Assembly (NCBI GenBank): GCA_963725565.1
Contig: CAVRZL010000019.1
Coordinates: forward strand, 39,295-103,294
Reading direction: 5' to 3'
Source: an uncultured Acidobacteriota bacterium
GTDB lineage: Bacteria > Acidobacteriota > Terriglobia > Terriglobales > Acidobacteriaceae
Length of the DNA: 64,000 bases
Part shown: one piece after another, positions 9,091-18,553 of the stretch
Layout: every line of letters begins with the position of its first letter
Numbering within the stretch: the first letter of the stretch is position 1
The notes under the pieces: model-generated
What the model saw: only the letters and a program-made list of their open reading frames with translations
Told to the model about the DNA's origin: nothing
The model's database searches: none
Position numbers and translations under genes: made by a program

Positions 9091-9434
9091 GTTGGGATCC
9101 CTGGTGGCGTGGGCTCTTGGCCGACGCGAAGTGCAGGGACTTTCATTATAGGGGACGAGGTGCCGTGGTCAGGAAGAAGGGTGGTTTGGGCACTGACCAC
9201 AAATACCGGCGCCTGAATCCTGAATCCTGATTCCTGCTTCGCTGGGAAACTTTGGTTACTATGGCGAAACTCAGCTAACCGCTAAAATCTTTTTTATCCC
9301 AGTATTTTGAACATGTTTGCGCCCACTCTTGGGAGCCATTGCGATTAAAGATCGATTGCAAGCCCAGGAGAAGAGCGAATGCATGTTGGGAACCTTTGCG
9401 GTCTAAAGATTACTGACTGAGCACTACGGACTCT

Positions 9435-10256
9435 ATGCAAGTCAAGTTTTGGGGCGTGCGCGGCTCTACCCCAACTCCTCAGGCCGAGAATCTTCGCTAT
9501 GGAGGCAACACCTCCTGCGTCGAAGTGCGGGTCGGAGAGCAGCTTTTCGTCTTCGATTGCGGTACCGGCTTCCGCGTGCTCGGCCATGCCCTCGATCGCG
9601 AGTTCGGAGACCAGCCCTTCGCCGCCCACGTTTTCGTCTCCCACTTTCACTGGGATCACATCCAGGGAATTCCCTTCTTCCGTCCTCTGTACGATAGCCC
9701 GAACAGCCAGTTCTTCTTTCATTCTTCGAATCGCACCCGCAGCCTGGAACAAGTCATGGCGGAGCAGATGGCGTCGCCCTATTTTCCGGTGAATCTCGAT
9801 CAGATGCGCGCGCAGCGCAGCTTCTGCAACCTCGAGAATGGATGCCTGGACCTGGAAAACGGCATCCGCCTCAAAACCGCGTGGCTCAATCATCCGCAGG
9901 GTTGCTTAGGGTATCGCCTGGAGACGAAAGATGGCGTGCTGGTATATGCCACCGATAACGAACCCGGGGACGCCACCTTCGATAAAGCCGTCCGCAAGCT
10001 GGCCGAAGGCGCCGACATCCTCATCTACGACGCGCAGTATCTTCCCGAGGAATACCGCGCCCGACGCCAGGGATGGGGACACAGCCACTGGCGCGAGGCG
10101 GTCAACGTGGTCATGGAGAGCGGTGCGAAAGAACTGATCCTCTACCATCACGACCCTGACCATACCGATCTGATCGTCGATAAAGTTGTTGCTGACGCGC
10201 AGAATTACTATCCCAAAGTCCGCGCCGCTGCGGAAGGCCTGCAGATCCGGCTGTAA
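9435..10256 (+). CDS. MBL fold metallo-hydrolase
   Basis: 273 aa with the HxHxDH motif (SHFHWDHIQG) and an N-terminus (KFWGVRGSTPTP) like PhnP/cyclic-nucleotide phosphodiesterase-type MBL proteins. Confidence 0.85.
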   Translation: MQVKFWGVRGSTPTPQAENLRYGGNTSCVEVRVGEQLFVFDCGTGFRVLGHALDREFGDQPFAAHVFVSHFHWDHIQGIPFFRPLYDSPNSQFFFHSSNRTRSLEQVMAEQMASPYFPVNLDQMRAQRSFCNLENGCLDLENGIRLKTAWLNHPQGCLGYRLETKDGVLVYATDNEPGDATFDKAVRKLAEGADILIYDAQYLPEEYRARRQGWGHSHWREAVNVVMESGAKELILYHHDPDHTDLIVDKVVADAQNYYPKVRAAAEGLQIRL

Positions 10257-10284
10257 ATCAAGGCGATTCTTGTCCTGCTTTCCC

Positions 10285-10347
10285 GTAGGGGCGGACGCCT
10301 TCGTCCGCCCAGCGATGCGAAGCGAGCGCCCTCGGACGAATGCGTCC
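10285..10347. repeat. GC-rich REP-like hairpin element
   Basis: GTAGGGGCGGACGCCTTCGTCCGCCC...GGACGAATGCGTCC, with the hairpin GGGCGGACG/CGTCCGCCC. It is a single copy in this window, so calling it a repeat is an inference from resemblance to REP-type hairpins. Confidence 0.35.
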
Positions 10348-10407
10348 AGGTCTATGTGATCCATTCCTCGTGTTAGACTTTCGCCTCGTTAACCATCAGG
10401 AGCGTCC

Positions 10408-13248
10408 ATGTTCCGAGCGATGTTTGCAGCATTATTCTCGATCGCGCTGGTCATCCCAACGAATGCTCAAACTCCGGACGTTCCCGAGCCCGGATCCGTC
10501 GAAGCCATCGCGGCTGCGACCACTGATCCCCACTATGTCTCACCTTGGGTCTCTTACGTTCCGAAGTCCGATACCGTGCCTTCCCCGGAGAAATTTCTAG
10601 GACGCATCATGGGAGCCCCGGGAGAATTGCTCGGCACAGAAAAGACATATGCCTACGCCCGGGCTCTGGCCGCGGCCAGCCCCCGAGTCCGCGTATTCAC
10701 GATTGGCCATAGTGAAGAGGGCCGAGACATCATCCTCATCGCGATCGCCGACGAGGCCGGCATTCGCGACCTCGATCGGCTGAAGGCCGCCACCGCGGCA
10801 CTGGCCGATCCGCGCCGCACCGACAAGGCCGCGGCCGACAAATTGATTGCCTCCTCGCGCCCCATTTATTACTTCAACGCCGCCTTGCACTCGGACGAAA
10901 CCGGCTCGACGGAATCGGTGATCGAACTGGCCTACCGGCTGGCGGTGTCGGAGCAGCCGGCGATCCGTCGCATCCGCGAGCAGATGGTCGTGCTGATCAA
11001 TCCGATCTCGAATCCCGACGGCCGCGACAAGATGGTGGACTGGTTCTACCGCTACCTCAAAGGCAAAACAGACCGCCCTGAGTTACCGCGCCAGTCGCCG
11101 CCGTACTGGTCGAAGTACGCCTTCGTCGATATCAACCGCGACGCCCATCAACTGACGCACGAGACGACCAAAGCCGCAAACCACATGTTTTTTGATTGGC
11201 ACCCCGTCGTCATGCACGACCTGCATGAAGGCGTGCCTTTCCTGATGACGTGGAATGGGACCGGCCCGTATAACCCGAATGTCGACCCCATTACCTACTC
11301 CGAGTTCCTCGAACTCAGTTTTCATGAGGTGCAAGCTCTGACGGCCATGGGAATGCCCGGGGTATCGACCTGGAATTTTGGCGAAGGCTTCGCGCACCTC
11401 TTTATCGAATCGATCGCCATGAATCACAACAGTATGGGCCGCGGCTACGAAACTTTCGGGAACGGGAGCGCGGAAACCGAGTTGCGCTCGGTGTCGGCTT
11501 CTGTCGCGTCCACACAGTGGTACCGTCCGCTGCCCGCGCCGCGAGAGGTGAAATGGTCGGCTCGCGACAACTTGAACTACCAGGAGACGGCAGCACTGAT
11601 GGCGCTGGATGAATCGGCAGGCCATGCCAAGGAGATGTTGCGCAACTTTTACCAGAAGGCGTGGGATTCGTTGCACAAAGGCATGACCCAGCCGCCCTAC
11701 GCGTTTCTGATTCCTCCCGATCAAGGAGACCCGCAGCGCGTCGCACAGATGGTTGGACGGCTCATGGGACAACACATCGAAGTGGCGCAGGCACAGAATC
11801 CGATTCAACTGAAAGATGGAAGCTACTCCGCAGGAACCTACGTGGTGCGACTCGACCAGCCGTATCGCAATTATGCGGTCGACCTGCTCACCCCGCAGGA
11901 GTATCCGAAAGACGGTGAGCCGCCCTACGACGACGTTTCCTGGGAACTGCCCGCGAATTATCATTTGCAGGCTGTCCCCACCGCCGATGTTTCGATTCGG
12001 GACCTTCCACTCACGCCATTGAAGGAATTGCCGCAGGTTGCCGGGCATGTGAACGGCTCCGGTCCCGTTTACTTGCTGAAGGACACGGGGCAAGAATCCT
12101 TTCTCGCGGCCCGCTATCGCCTGGCCAATTTTGAAATTCAAATTGCCGAACGCGAGTTCGAAGCGGGCGGTACGAAATTTCCTGCCGGCTCGTGGATTCT
12201 CAATGACCAATCGGGATTGCACGATGCGATCCAGTCGGCAGCATCGGAACTCGGCCTCGATTTTATTGAGACCGCTGCTGCGCCGAATGTCGCGCATCAC
12301 ATCGCGAAGGCTCCGCGCATTGGTGTCTGGGTCCCGTGGGCGGATACGGATTCGATCGGGTGGGTTCGTTACTCGCTCGACCAGCGCAAAGTTCCGTACA
12401 CCTATTTGCGCGACGAAGACATTCGCGCCGGCAACCTGAGTGCGAGGATCGACGTGCTGCTGTACGGACATGTTGATCTCGAATTAGCGGAGCAGATCGA
12501 GGGATTGCCGAAGCGCTGGTCTCCAATGCCGTTCAAGAAAACTCCGCAGACTCCGAGTTTTGGGACCCCGGCAGAATCGGACGACATTACTGGCGGAATC
12601 GGCTATGCGGGTCTCGCACAAATTCAGCGATTCATCGACGAGGGCGGTTTGATGGTGACTCTGGGCAGCGGAAGCATGCTCGCCCTGGAGGGCGGATTGG
12701 TCCGCTTTGTGCGGAGATCTTCTGGCGGCGTTCCTCGCAGTACTGCCGGCGGCGGATCCGCCTCAGCTGCAGCGGCCCAACAAGCCGGCACTCGAACTCC
12801 CGGTGCGCACGTGCGCGTCACCTTCGACCGTCCGGATCACCCCATCGCTTATGGATATCCCGCCCGCACCTATGTCTTTCGACAAAACTTTCCTCTGTAC
12901 AACACTCCCCGCCGCTGGTTGCGCATGGCGTACTGCACAACGTGTCTCGATGGTCCCGAAGATCGCAGCGGCATTGTCATGGAGTGGGGCGACTCAGAAG
13001 CGAAGTCTTTCGTTGTAAGCGGACAGGCCTGGGGCGAGGATAACTTGATCGGGCGGCCGGCAATTCTCGACATGCCGGTGGGAAAAGGACACGTCGTCAG
13101 TTTCAACTTTAATCCCATGCACCGCGATATGAACCGGGGTGATCAACGTCTATTGTGGAATGCGATTCTGAACTGGCAAGCGATTCTGGCGGAGAAAGAA
13201 AAGCCCAGCACGCAGTCGGGACCGGCCCCTGAACCTGATGACGAATAG
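10408..13248 (+). CDS. M14 family metallopeptidase (zinc carboxypeptidase-like), secreted
   Basis: 946 aa with a signal peptide, the zinc-site context NAALHSDETGSTE and the ...LINPISNPDGRD motif. An AGGAG RBS precedes the ATG. Confidence 0.85.
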   Translation: MFRAMFAALFSIALVIPTNAQTPDVPEPGSVEAIAAATTDPHYVSPWVSYVPKSDTVPSPEKFLGRIMGAPGELLGTEKTYAYARALAAASPRVRVFTIGHSEEGRDIILIAIADEAGIRDLDRLKAATAALADPRRTDKAAADKLIASSRPIYYFNAALHSDETGSTESVIELAYRLAVSEQPAIRRIREQMVVLINPISNPDGRDKMVDWFYRYLKGKTDRPELPRQSPPYWSKYAFVDINRDAHQLTHETTKAANHMFFDWHPVVMHDLHEGVPFLMTWNGTGPYNPNVDPITYSEFLELSFHEVQALTAMGMPGVSTWNFGEGFAHLFIESIAMNHNSMGRGYETFGNGSAETELRSVSASVASTQWYRPLPAPREVKWSARDNLNYQETAALMALDESAGHAKEMLRNFYQKAWDSLHKGMTQPPYAFLIPPDQGDPQRVAQMVGRLMGQHIEVAQAQNPIQLKDGSYSAGTYVVRLDQPYRNYAVDLLTPQEYPKDGEPPYDDVSWELPANYHLQAVPTADVSIRDLPLTPLKELPQVAGHVNGSGPVYLLKDTGQESFLAARYRLANFEIQIAEREFEAGGTKFPAGSWILNDQSGLHDAIQSAASELGLDFIETAAAPNVAHHIAKAPRIGVWVPWADTDSIGWVRYSLDQRKVPYTYLRDEDIRAGNLSARIDVLLYGHVDLELAEQIEGLPKRWSPMPFKKTPQTPSFGTPAESDDITGGIGYAGLAQIQRFIDEGGLMVTLGSGSMLALEGGLVRFVRRSSGGVPRSTAGGGSASAAAAQQAGTRTPGAHVRVTFDRPDHPIAYGYPARTYVFRQNFPLYNTPRRWLRMAYCTTCLDGPEDRSGIVMEWGDSEAKSFVVSGQAWGEDNLIGRPAILDMPVGKGHVVSFNFNPMHRDMNRGDQRLLWNAILNWQAILAEKEKPSTQSGPAPEPDDE

Positions 13249-13351
13249 TCCCTCGCATCATCGCAAGATCAAGCCTGGTTACTTTGCGGGTGTCGTAAGC
13301 CACCTATCGCCCCGCGGGAGTGGCTCAGTTGGAACTCTGAACATCACAAGA

Positions 13352-13464
13352 GTCATCCCGAAGAGCCCGCGTTGTTACCAGCGGGCCGAGGGATCTCCCG
13401 TGACACACCGCGTCGTAGCGGAGATCCTTCGCTCCGCCTGAAAAACGGCTACGCTCAGGATGAC
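13352..13464 (+). repeat. 113-bp MITE-like element (GTCATCC...GGATGAC family), copy A
   Basis: Terminal inverted repeats GTCATCCCGAAGAGC...GCTCAGGATGAC. It is near-identical in sequence and length to 16952-17064 and to the reverse complement of 47038-47150. Confidence 0.9.
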
Positions 13465-13632
13465 ACCATCAGAGATTCAAAATGAGCCATGCCCGCCCTG
13501 CCCTTAGCTTGCTTCCAGTCATCCCGCTTTCATATACTCGGAACGTTTGCCCGCCTATGACTGGAAATCGTCCGGCGACGGCTGGCGCCTGCCACCAAAT
13601 CAAGACCTGCTCTTATTCCGGAGAACACTTCA

Positions 13633-14910
13633 ATGACGACGATTACGACGCCGCCGCATGTAGACAAAGAAACCAACCCGTGGGAGTCACAGCGCGCCCG
13701 CTTCGACCTGGCCGCCCAGAAGCTGAATCTGGATGAGGGCCTGTGGCGCGTTCTGCGTTATCCCAACCGCGAAGTGACGGTCTACATCCCGGTGCAGATG
13801 GATGACGGTCATCTTGAGGTCTTCACCGGCTTCCGGGTGCAGCACTCTATCGCGCGCGGGCCCGCTAAAGGCGGCATCCGCTACGCTCCCGACGTCACGC
13901 TCGATGAAGTCCGGGCGCTGGCGAGTTGGATGACCTGGAAATGTGCGGTGGTCAACATTCCCTTCGGCGGAGCCAAGGGCGGCGTGATCTGCGACCCGCA
14001 CAAAATGTCGATGGGCGAAGTCGAGCGCATGACGCGGCGCTATACCTCCGAACTCATTGAATTCATCGGCCCGGAAAAAGATGTGCCCGCACCTGACGTC
14101 AACACCAACGAACAGATCATGGCCTGGATGATGGACACCTACTCCATGCACATGCGGCAAACGGTCACGGCGGTGGTCACGGGAAAACCGATCAATATTG
14201 GCGGGTCCCGCGGACGGCGCGAGGCTACCGGACGTGGCGTAATGGTCGTCTGCGACGAAGCCTGCAAAAAGTTAGGGATCGACCGCGAACGTGCCCGCGT
14301 CATCGTGCAAGGATTCGGAAACGTAGGCTCCAATGCCGCGCAGCTCATGCATGAGGCTGGCTACAAAGTGATCGGCATTGCAGAGGTCGGCGGCGGCCTG
14401 CTCAACACGAACGGCATCGACCTGAAAGCGCTGGTGGAATTCCGGCAGAAGAACGGCACTGTGCATGGCTTCCCCGGCGCGGAGAAGGGTGACGCTGCCG
14501 AATTATTGACGACGGAATGCGAAATCCTGATCCCAGCGGCGACGGAGAACGTCATCACCAGCCGCAACGTGGATCACGTGAAGTGCCGCATCCTGGCCGA
14601 GGGGGCTAACGGGCCGACGACATCCGCGGCGGACGATGTGCTCAGCGACAAAGGCGTTTTCGTAATTCCCGATATCCTCGCCAACGCCGGCGGCGTGACG
14701 ACTTCTTACTTCGAGTGGGTCCAGGACCGCCAGGGTTACTTCTGGAAAGAATCGGTGGTGAACGAGCAACTAGAGACGATCATGAAGTCATCGTTCGAAG
14801 ATGTGGTTCGCTACGCGGAGACTCATCACGTCAACAATCGCATTGCCGCCTATATGCTGGCCATCGATCGCGTGGCTTACACGATTCGGCAGCGCGGCAT
14901 CTACGCTTGA
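13633..14910 (+). CDS. gdhA: NAD(P)-specific glutamate dehydrogenase (Glu/Leu/Phe/Val dehydrogenase family)
   Basis: 425 aa with the catalytic motif PFGGAKGGV and the nucleotide-binding motif VQGFGNVGS. Confidence 0.93.
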   Translation: MTTITTPPHVDKETNPWESQRARFDLAAQKLNLDEGLWRVLRYPNREVTVYIPVQMDDGHLEVFTGFRVQHSIARGPAKGGIRYAPDVTLDEVRALASWMTWKCAVVNIPFGGAKGGVICDPHKMSMGEVERMTRRYTSELIEFIGPEKDVPAPDVNTNEQIMAWMMDTYSMHMRQTVTAVVTGKPINIGGSRGRREATGRGVMVVCDEACKKLGIDRERARVIVQGFGNVGSNAAQLMHEAGYKVIGIAEVGGGLLNTNGIDLKALVEFRQKNGTVHGFPGAEKGDAAELLTTECEILIPAATENVITSRNVDHVKCRILAEGANGPTTSAADDVLSDKGVFVIPDILANAGGVTTSYFEWVQDRQGYFWKESVVNEQLETIMKSSFEDVVRYAETHHVNNRIAAYMLAIDRVAYTIRQRGIYA

Positions 14911-14933
14911 TCGTCAAGGCTGGAAAGTTCGGG

Positions 14934-14964
14934 AGGCCTCCGCTGAGCCGCGGGGGCCTTTTTG
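14934..14964 (+). terminator. intrinsic terminator of gdhA
   Basis: The stem AGGCCTCCGC / GCGGGGGCCT matches at 9 of 10 positions and is followed by TTTTGC. Confidence 0.6.
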
Positions 14965-15119
14965 CATTCTGGCTTGACCAATTGGCAGGGACCTTGGCAT
15001 CATTGCCACCTCATGTGACTCGGGTCTCGTGACGCAATCAGTTTGCGTTACGGCAATCACTCTCAACTGCATGGCCGGGCTCGCTCAACCTCGGCTGCAA
15101 ATTTCTTAGGAGAATCCCT

Positions 15120-16010
15120 GTGAAAAGAAGCACTGCAAGAATTGCTTTGTGGACACTATCGTGTCTCCTGTTGGCGCTATGCGTAGGTACGGGCTGGACG
15201 CAATCTCAGACCACTTCGGCAAGTGACCAAACCTCGACCGCGAAAAAGAAATCGAAGAAGAGCAAGAAAGCTGACGCCGCTGCTGCCGACAACTCGGCCG
15301 CTCCCGCCGACGCCACGACCGCCAAGAAGTCGAGAAAGAGCAAGAAGGCTGACGCCGCCGCTGCCGACAACTCGGCCGCTCCCGCCGACGCTACAACCAC
15401 CAAGAAGTCGAGAAAGAGCAAGAAAGCTGACGCCGCCGCTGCCGACAACTCGGCCGCTCCCGCCGACGCCACAACCACCAAAAAATCGAGAAAGAGCAAG
15501 AAGGCTGACGCCGCCGCTGCTGCCGACAACTCGGCCACTTCCGCCGACGCTACAACTACCAAGAAGTCCAGGAAGAGCAAGAAGGCTGACGCCGCTGCTG
15601 CCGATTCCTCTTCCGCAAGCGCTCCTGCGGCTGACACTTCGGCCACCACGACCGCCCCCAAGAAAAGCCGGAAAAAATCGGACTCGTCGTCTGCTCCTGC
15701 CGCAAACTCTATGGCCGCCCCGGCGACCGCTCCCGCGCCGAAGGCCGCTCCGGCATCGGCCCCCGCAGCCAATACGATGGCACCGGCTGCGGCTCCCGCG
15801 AAGAAGGCGGCTGCCTCCAAGGCTGCCCCCACTCCAACCGCTTCTGACGCAGAAGTGGCCAGCGCCAAGAGTTCCGGAAAAGTATGGGTAAACCTCGACT
15901 CCGGCGTCTACCACAAAGGTGGACGGTGGTATGGCAAGACCAAGAGCGGAAAGTTTATGACCGAGGACGAGGCCAAGGCTGCCGGCTACAAAGCTTCGCA
16001 AAGCGATTAA
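15120..16010 (+). CDS. secreted Lys/Ala-rich tandem-repeat protein with conserved C-terminal VWVN..GVYHKGGRWYGKTKSGKFMTEDEAKAAGYK module
   Basis: GTG start after an AGGAG RBS, followed by a signal peptide. Five 26-27-aa repeats KKSRKSKKADAAAADNSAAPADATTT precede a Pro/Ala-rich linker and a short globular tail. Confidence 0.7.
   Translation: MKRSTARIALWTLSCLLLALCVGTGWTQSQTTSASDQTSTAKKKSKKSKKADAAAADNSAAPADATTAKKSRKSKKADAAAADNSAAPADATTTKKSRKSKKADAAAADNSAAPADATTTKKSRKSKKADAAAAADNSATSADATTTKKSRKSKKADAAAADSSSASAPAADTSATTTAPKKSRKKSDSSSAPAANSMAAPATAPAPKAAPASAPAANTMAPAAAPAKKAAASKAAPTPTASDAEVASAKSSGKVWVNLDSGVYHKGGRWYGKTKSGKFMTEDEAKAAGYKASQSD
15243..15640 (+). repeat. 78-bp tandem repeat (about 5 copies) inside the CDS
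   Basis: The unit AAGAAGTCGAGAAAGAGCAAGAAGGCTGACGCCGCCGCTGCCGACAACTCGGCCGCTCCCGCCGACGCTACAACCACC repeats with few substitutions, and one unit is 81 bp. Confidence 0.9.
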
Positions 16011-16037
16011 TTTTTTAAAAACTTCAAGGAGATACTT

Positions 16038-16361
16038 ATGACAAGCAAGAATCTAATCTCTCGCATTCTCGTTACACTGGCTGCACTTGCGCTGTTCAGT
16101 TCCATGAGCGTGGCGCAAGCCGCTGGCGCCAAAGCCTCCAGCAAGGCTGCCACGGCGCAAACGGCCACGGCTGACCTGTTGGACATCAACTCCGCCAGCA
16201 AGGACCAACTCGATGCTCTTCCCGGCATCGGAGCGGCCTATTCGCAGAAGATCATTGACGGCCGGCCTTACAAGGCCAAGACGGATCTGGTGAAGAAAAA
16301 GATCCTTCCTCAGGCCACATACAACAAGATCAAAGACAAGATCATCGCCAAGCAGAAATAA
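16038..16361 (+). CDS. ComEA-like helix-hairpin-helix DNA-binding protein, secreted
   Basis: 107 aa with a signal peptide and the HhH motif [32 protein letters not shown]. Confidence 0.8.
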   Translation: MTSKNLISRILVTLAALALFSSMSVAQAAGAKASSKAATAQTATADLLDINSASKDQLDALPGIGAAYSQKIIDGRPYKAKTDLVKKKILPQATYNKIKDKIIAKQK

Positions 16362-16446
16362 GGCGCGAGGAACGGAACGAGGGCTGGCGATCTTCCAGCC
16401 CTCCGCCCCTTTGGTCTTACAACGTTGTTTCCTGAAAGGAGCAGTT

Positions 16447-16860
16447 ATGGGTCTCTTGGATTCTCTTGAAAGCATGGCAATGAGTAAGCTGGCCGGATCG
16501 AATTCTGAAGCTGGCGCGATTCTCCAGTTGATTCAAAATCATCCCGGTGGCATCTCTGGCCTGGTCGAGGCGTTCCATACCAACGGACTGGGAGGACTGG
16601 TTAATTCGTGGGTCGGCACCGGCGAAAATCAAGCGGTCAGTCCGGCACAAATCCAGCAGGTATTGGGGTCCGGTCCAGTGCAGGCGTTGGCGCAAAAGTT
16701 GGGCATCTCTCCCGAACAGGCGAGTTCGACTCTGTCCCAGCTGCTTCCCACAGTGGTGGACAAACTATCACCCAACGGGACGCTTCCGGATCAGTCCAAC
16801 CTGCTCCAGATGGGGGAGAGCCTGCTCGCATCACTCGGCAAGACGGGCACGAACAGCTAA
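16447..16860 (+). CDS. YidB family protein (DUF937)
   Basis: Internal ATG of ORF 16411-16860. It reads MGLLDSL...GGISGLVEAFHTNGLGGLVNSWVGTGENQAVSPAQIQQVLG...LSQLLPTVVDKLSPNGTLP. Confidence 0.8.
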   Translation: MGLLDSLESMAMSKLAGSNSEAGAILQLIQNHPGGISGLVEAFHTNGLGGLVNSWVGTGENQAVSPAQIQQVLGSGPVQALAQKLGISPEQASSTLSQLLPTVVDKLSPNGTLPDQSNLLQMGESLLASLGKTGTNS

Positions 16861-16951
16861 CATCACGCGGTCTGAAGAACATCCTGCAGAGTCCTCAGCA
16901 CGTGAGGGCTCTGCCCTTCGGTCACAGATCGGTTTCGAATCCCATCGCGGG

Positions 16952-17064
16952 GTCATCCCCGAGAGCACGCGTTTTTACCAGCGGGCCGAGGGATCTCCCG
17001 TGACACACAGCGTCGCAGCCGAGATCCTTCGCTCCGCCTGAAGAACGGCTACGCTCAGGATGAC
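16952..17064 (+). repeat. 113-bp MITE-like element, copy B
   Basis: GTCATCCCCGAGAGCACGCG...CGCTCAGGATGAC, the same length and core as copy A. Confidence 0.9.
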
Positions 17065-17145
17065 GCGTCGGTAACGAGTCAAGACGACATCAACATTCAA
17101 ACTGAGCCATTAGCTGCCCTTCTCATCGATGTCCTTCTGTTCCCC

Positions 17146-17910
17146 GTGCCCTTCTCATCCATTGCGTTCCCCTTGCGCGTGGAGGATAATCAGGATGGTT
17201 GCCGGCTGGCCCCCGGAGCCTCCCGTGTTGTGAACCTGCCCAACTCCATCACGCTTATCCGCATATTCAGCATCCCTCTGCTGATGTGGATTCTTCTCAG
17301 TTCGCGTTTCAGCAGCGTGACCGGGGAACGGGAATTGTTGGCGTCGGCGCTGTTCATCGCCGCATCGATGACGGACGGAATCGACGGCTATCTCGCCCGC
17401 AGGCGCGGGCAGATCACCACCATAGGCATCCTTCTTGATCCGCTGGCCGACAAGCTTTTGATCGCGGCGGCATTTGTAACGCTCGTGCAACTGAACCCCA
17501 GCCTGGTTCCGGCCTGGATCGCAGTCATCGTGATCGGCCGTGAATTTCTGGTGAGCGGCTTGCGCTCGATTGCCGCTTCTGAGGGATTCACAATTGAGGC
17601 CAGCGAACTGGGCAAGCTGAAGATGGTGGTGCAGATCGTTTCCGTCGTCGCAGTCATTCTCGACCATCGCTGGAAAATATGGCCAGTATATGGCTACTAC
17701 GTCTTCCCTATTCACGTGATCGCCTATCTCGCGATCTGGTTCATGGTGTGCGTCTCGTTGGTGTCGGCGATCGATTACTTCGTGGCGTTCTGGTCAAAGA
17801 TTGACCGGCGGGGGGTGAAGCGCCGTCGCCGCGCCTTTATTCTGAGCCGGCGCAGAAAGCCATTGCCCGCGCAACCGCAGGGCGACCGTGATGTCGCAGC
17901 CTCGACCTAG
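17146..17910 (+). CDS. pgsA: CDP-diacylglycerol--glycerol-3-phosphate 3-phosphatidyltransferase
   Basis: CDP-alcohol phosphatidyltransferase motif DGIDGYLARRRGQITTIGILLDPLADK. The track start is GTG and the true start may be further in (near VVNLPNSITL). The C-terminal tail is basic. Confidence 0.85.
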   Translation: MPFSSIAFPLRVEDNQDGCRLAPGASRVVNLPNSITLIRIFSIPLLMWILLSSRFSSVTGERELLASALFIAASMTDGIDGYLARRRGQITTIGILLDPLADKLLIAAAFVTLVQLNPSLVPAWIAVIVIGREFLVSGLRSIAASEGFTIEASELGKLKMVVQIVSVVAVILDHRWKIWPVYGYYVFPIHVIAYLAIWFMVCVSLVSAIDYFVAFWSKIDRRGVKRRRRAFILSRRRKPLPAQPQGDRDVAAST

Positions 17911-18493
17911 TTCGTCTGCCGTCGAGTCGTCGAATATCCCTCGCCATGAATTTTCTCCCGACGAGAGAGCTCAGCTTCTCTGCCTGGCGCACGAATCGAT
18001 TCTGTCCGCGCTGGAGCGTCGCGAAATTTCTCTCGATCCGCCCACCGCACACTTTTCCGAGCCGCGCGGCGCATTTACCTCCCTCTATTTGCAGGGCGAG
18101 TTGCGCGGGTGCGTGGGCTACGTTCTTCCCGTAAGTTCCGTCTATCGTGCGGTTGCCGACACGGCTCGCGCCGCGGCATTCAAAGATACGCGCTTCCCTA
18201 CGGTGAGCCTGGAAGAAACGCGCGAGTTGAAGATTGAACTCAGCATTCTCTCTCCAGCACAACCGATCGCGCCGGAAGCGATCAAAATCGGCCGGCACGG
18301 GCTCTTGATCAGTATGTCGGGATACCGCGGCCTGCTCTTGCCGCAAGTGCCGGTCGAGCATCACTGGGATCGGGTGACATTTCTGGAGCAAACCTGCCGG
18401 AAGGCCGGACTGGACCGCGACGCATGGCTGAAGGGAGCCGTGATCGAAGCTTTCACGGCGGAAGTATTTGGGGAAAAGCAAACACAAGAGTGA
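17888..18493 (+). CDS. AMMECR1 domain protein (AmmeMemoRadiSam system protein A)
   Basis: 201 aa with RGAFTSLYLQGELRGCVGY and GRHGLLISMSGYRGLLLPQV. It overlaps the pgsA end by 23 nt. Confidence 0.85.
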   Translation: MMSQPRPSSSAVESSNIPRHEFSPDERAQLLCLAHESILSALERREISLDPPTAHFSEPRGAFTSLYLQGELRGCVGYVLPVSSVYRAVADTARAAAFKDTRFPTVSLEETRELKIELSILSPAQPIAPEAIKIGRHGLLISMSGYRGLLLPQVPVEHHWDRVTFLEQTCRKAGLDRDAWLKGAVIEAFTAEVFGEKQTQE

Positions 18494-18553
18494 GGGCGGT
18501 GGAGCAGCGCGTTCGCGAAAGGAAAAACGCTGCCCAACGCCGATCGCTGCCAT

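Noticed and set aside
9091-9434. Possible leader or attenuator or small RNA in the 344-bp divergent region between trpE and the MBL hydrolase gene
   Set aside because: I found no Trp-codon leader peptide, T-box features or convincing terminator/antiterminator pair. Only a short CCTGAAT x3 array and a small hairpin are present.
11083-12471. 462-aa ORF on the minus strand
   Set aside because: It lies entirely antisense to the well-supported M14 peptidase gene. Its Arg/Gly/Pro-rich composition is typical of shadow ORFs in GC-rich DNA.
13305-13345. tRNA-like start GCGGGAGTGGCTCAGTTGG
   Set aside because: The match stops after the D-loop. No anticodon arm, T-arm or acceptor 3' strand follows, and the sequence runs directly into MITE copy A.
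15177-16001. Three alternative-frame or antisense ORFs (274, 220 and 222 aa) across the tandem-repeat gene
   Set aside because: They are repeat-driven open frames (RSR/GGS/PPT runs). The frame with an RBS, a signal peptide and the conserved C-terminal module is 15120-16010.
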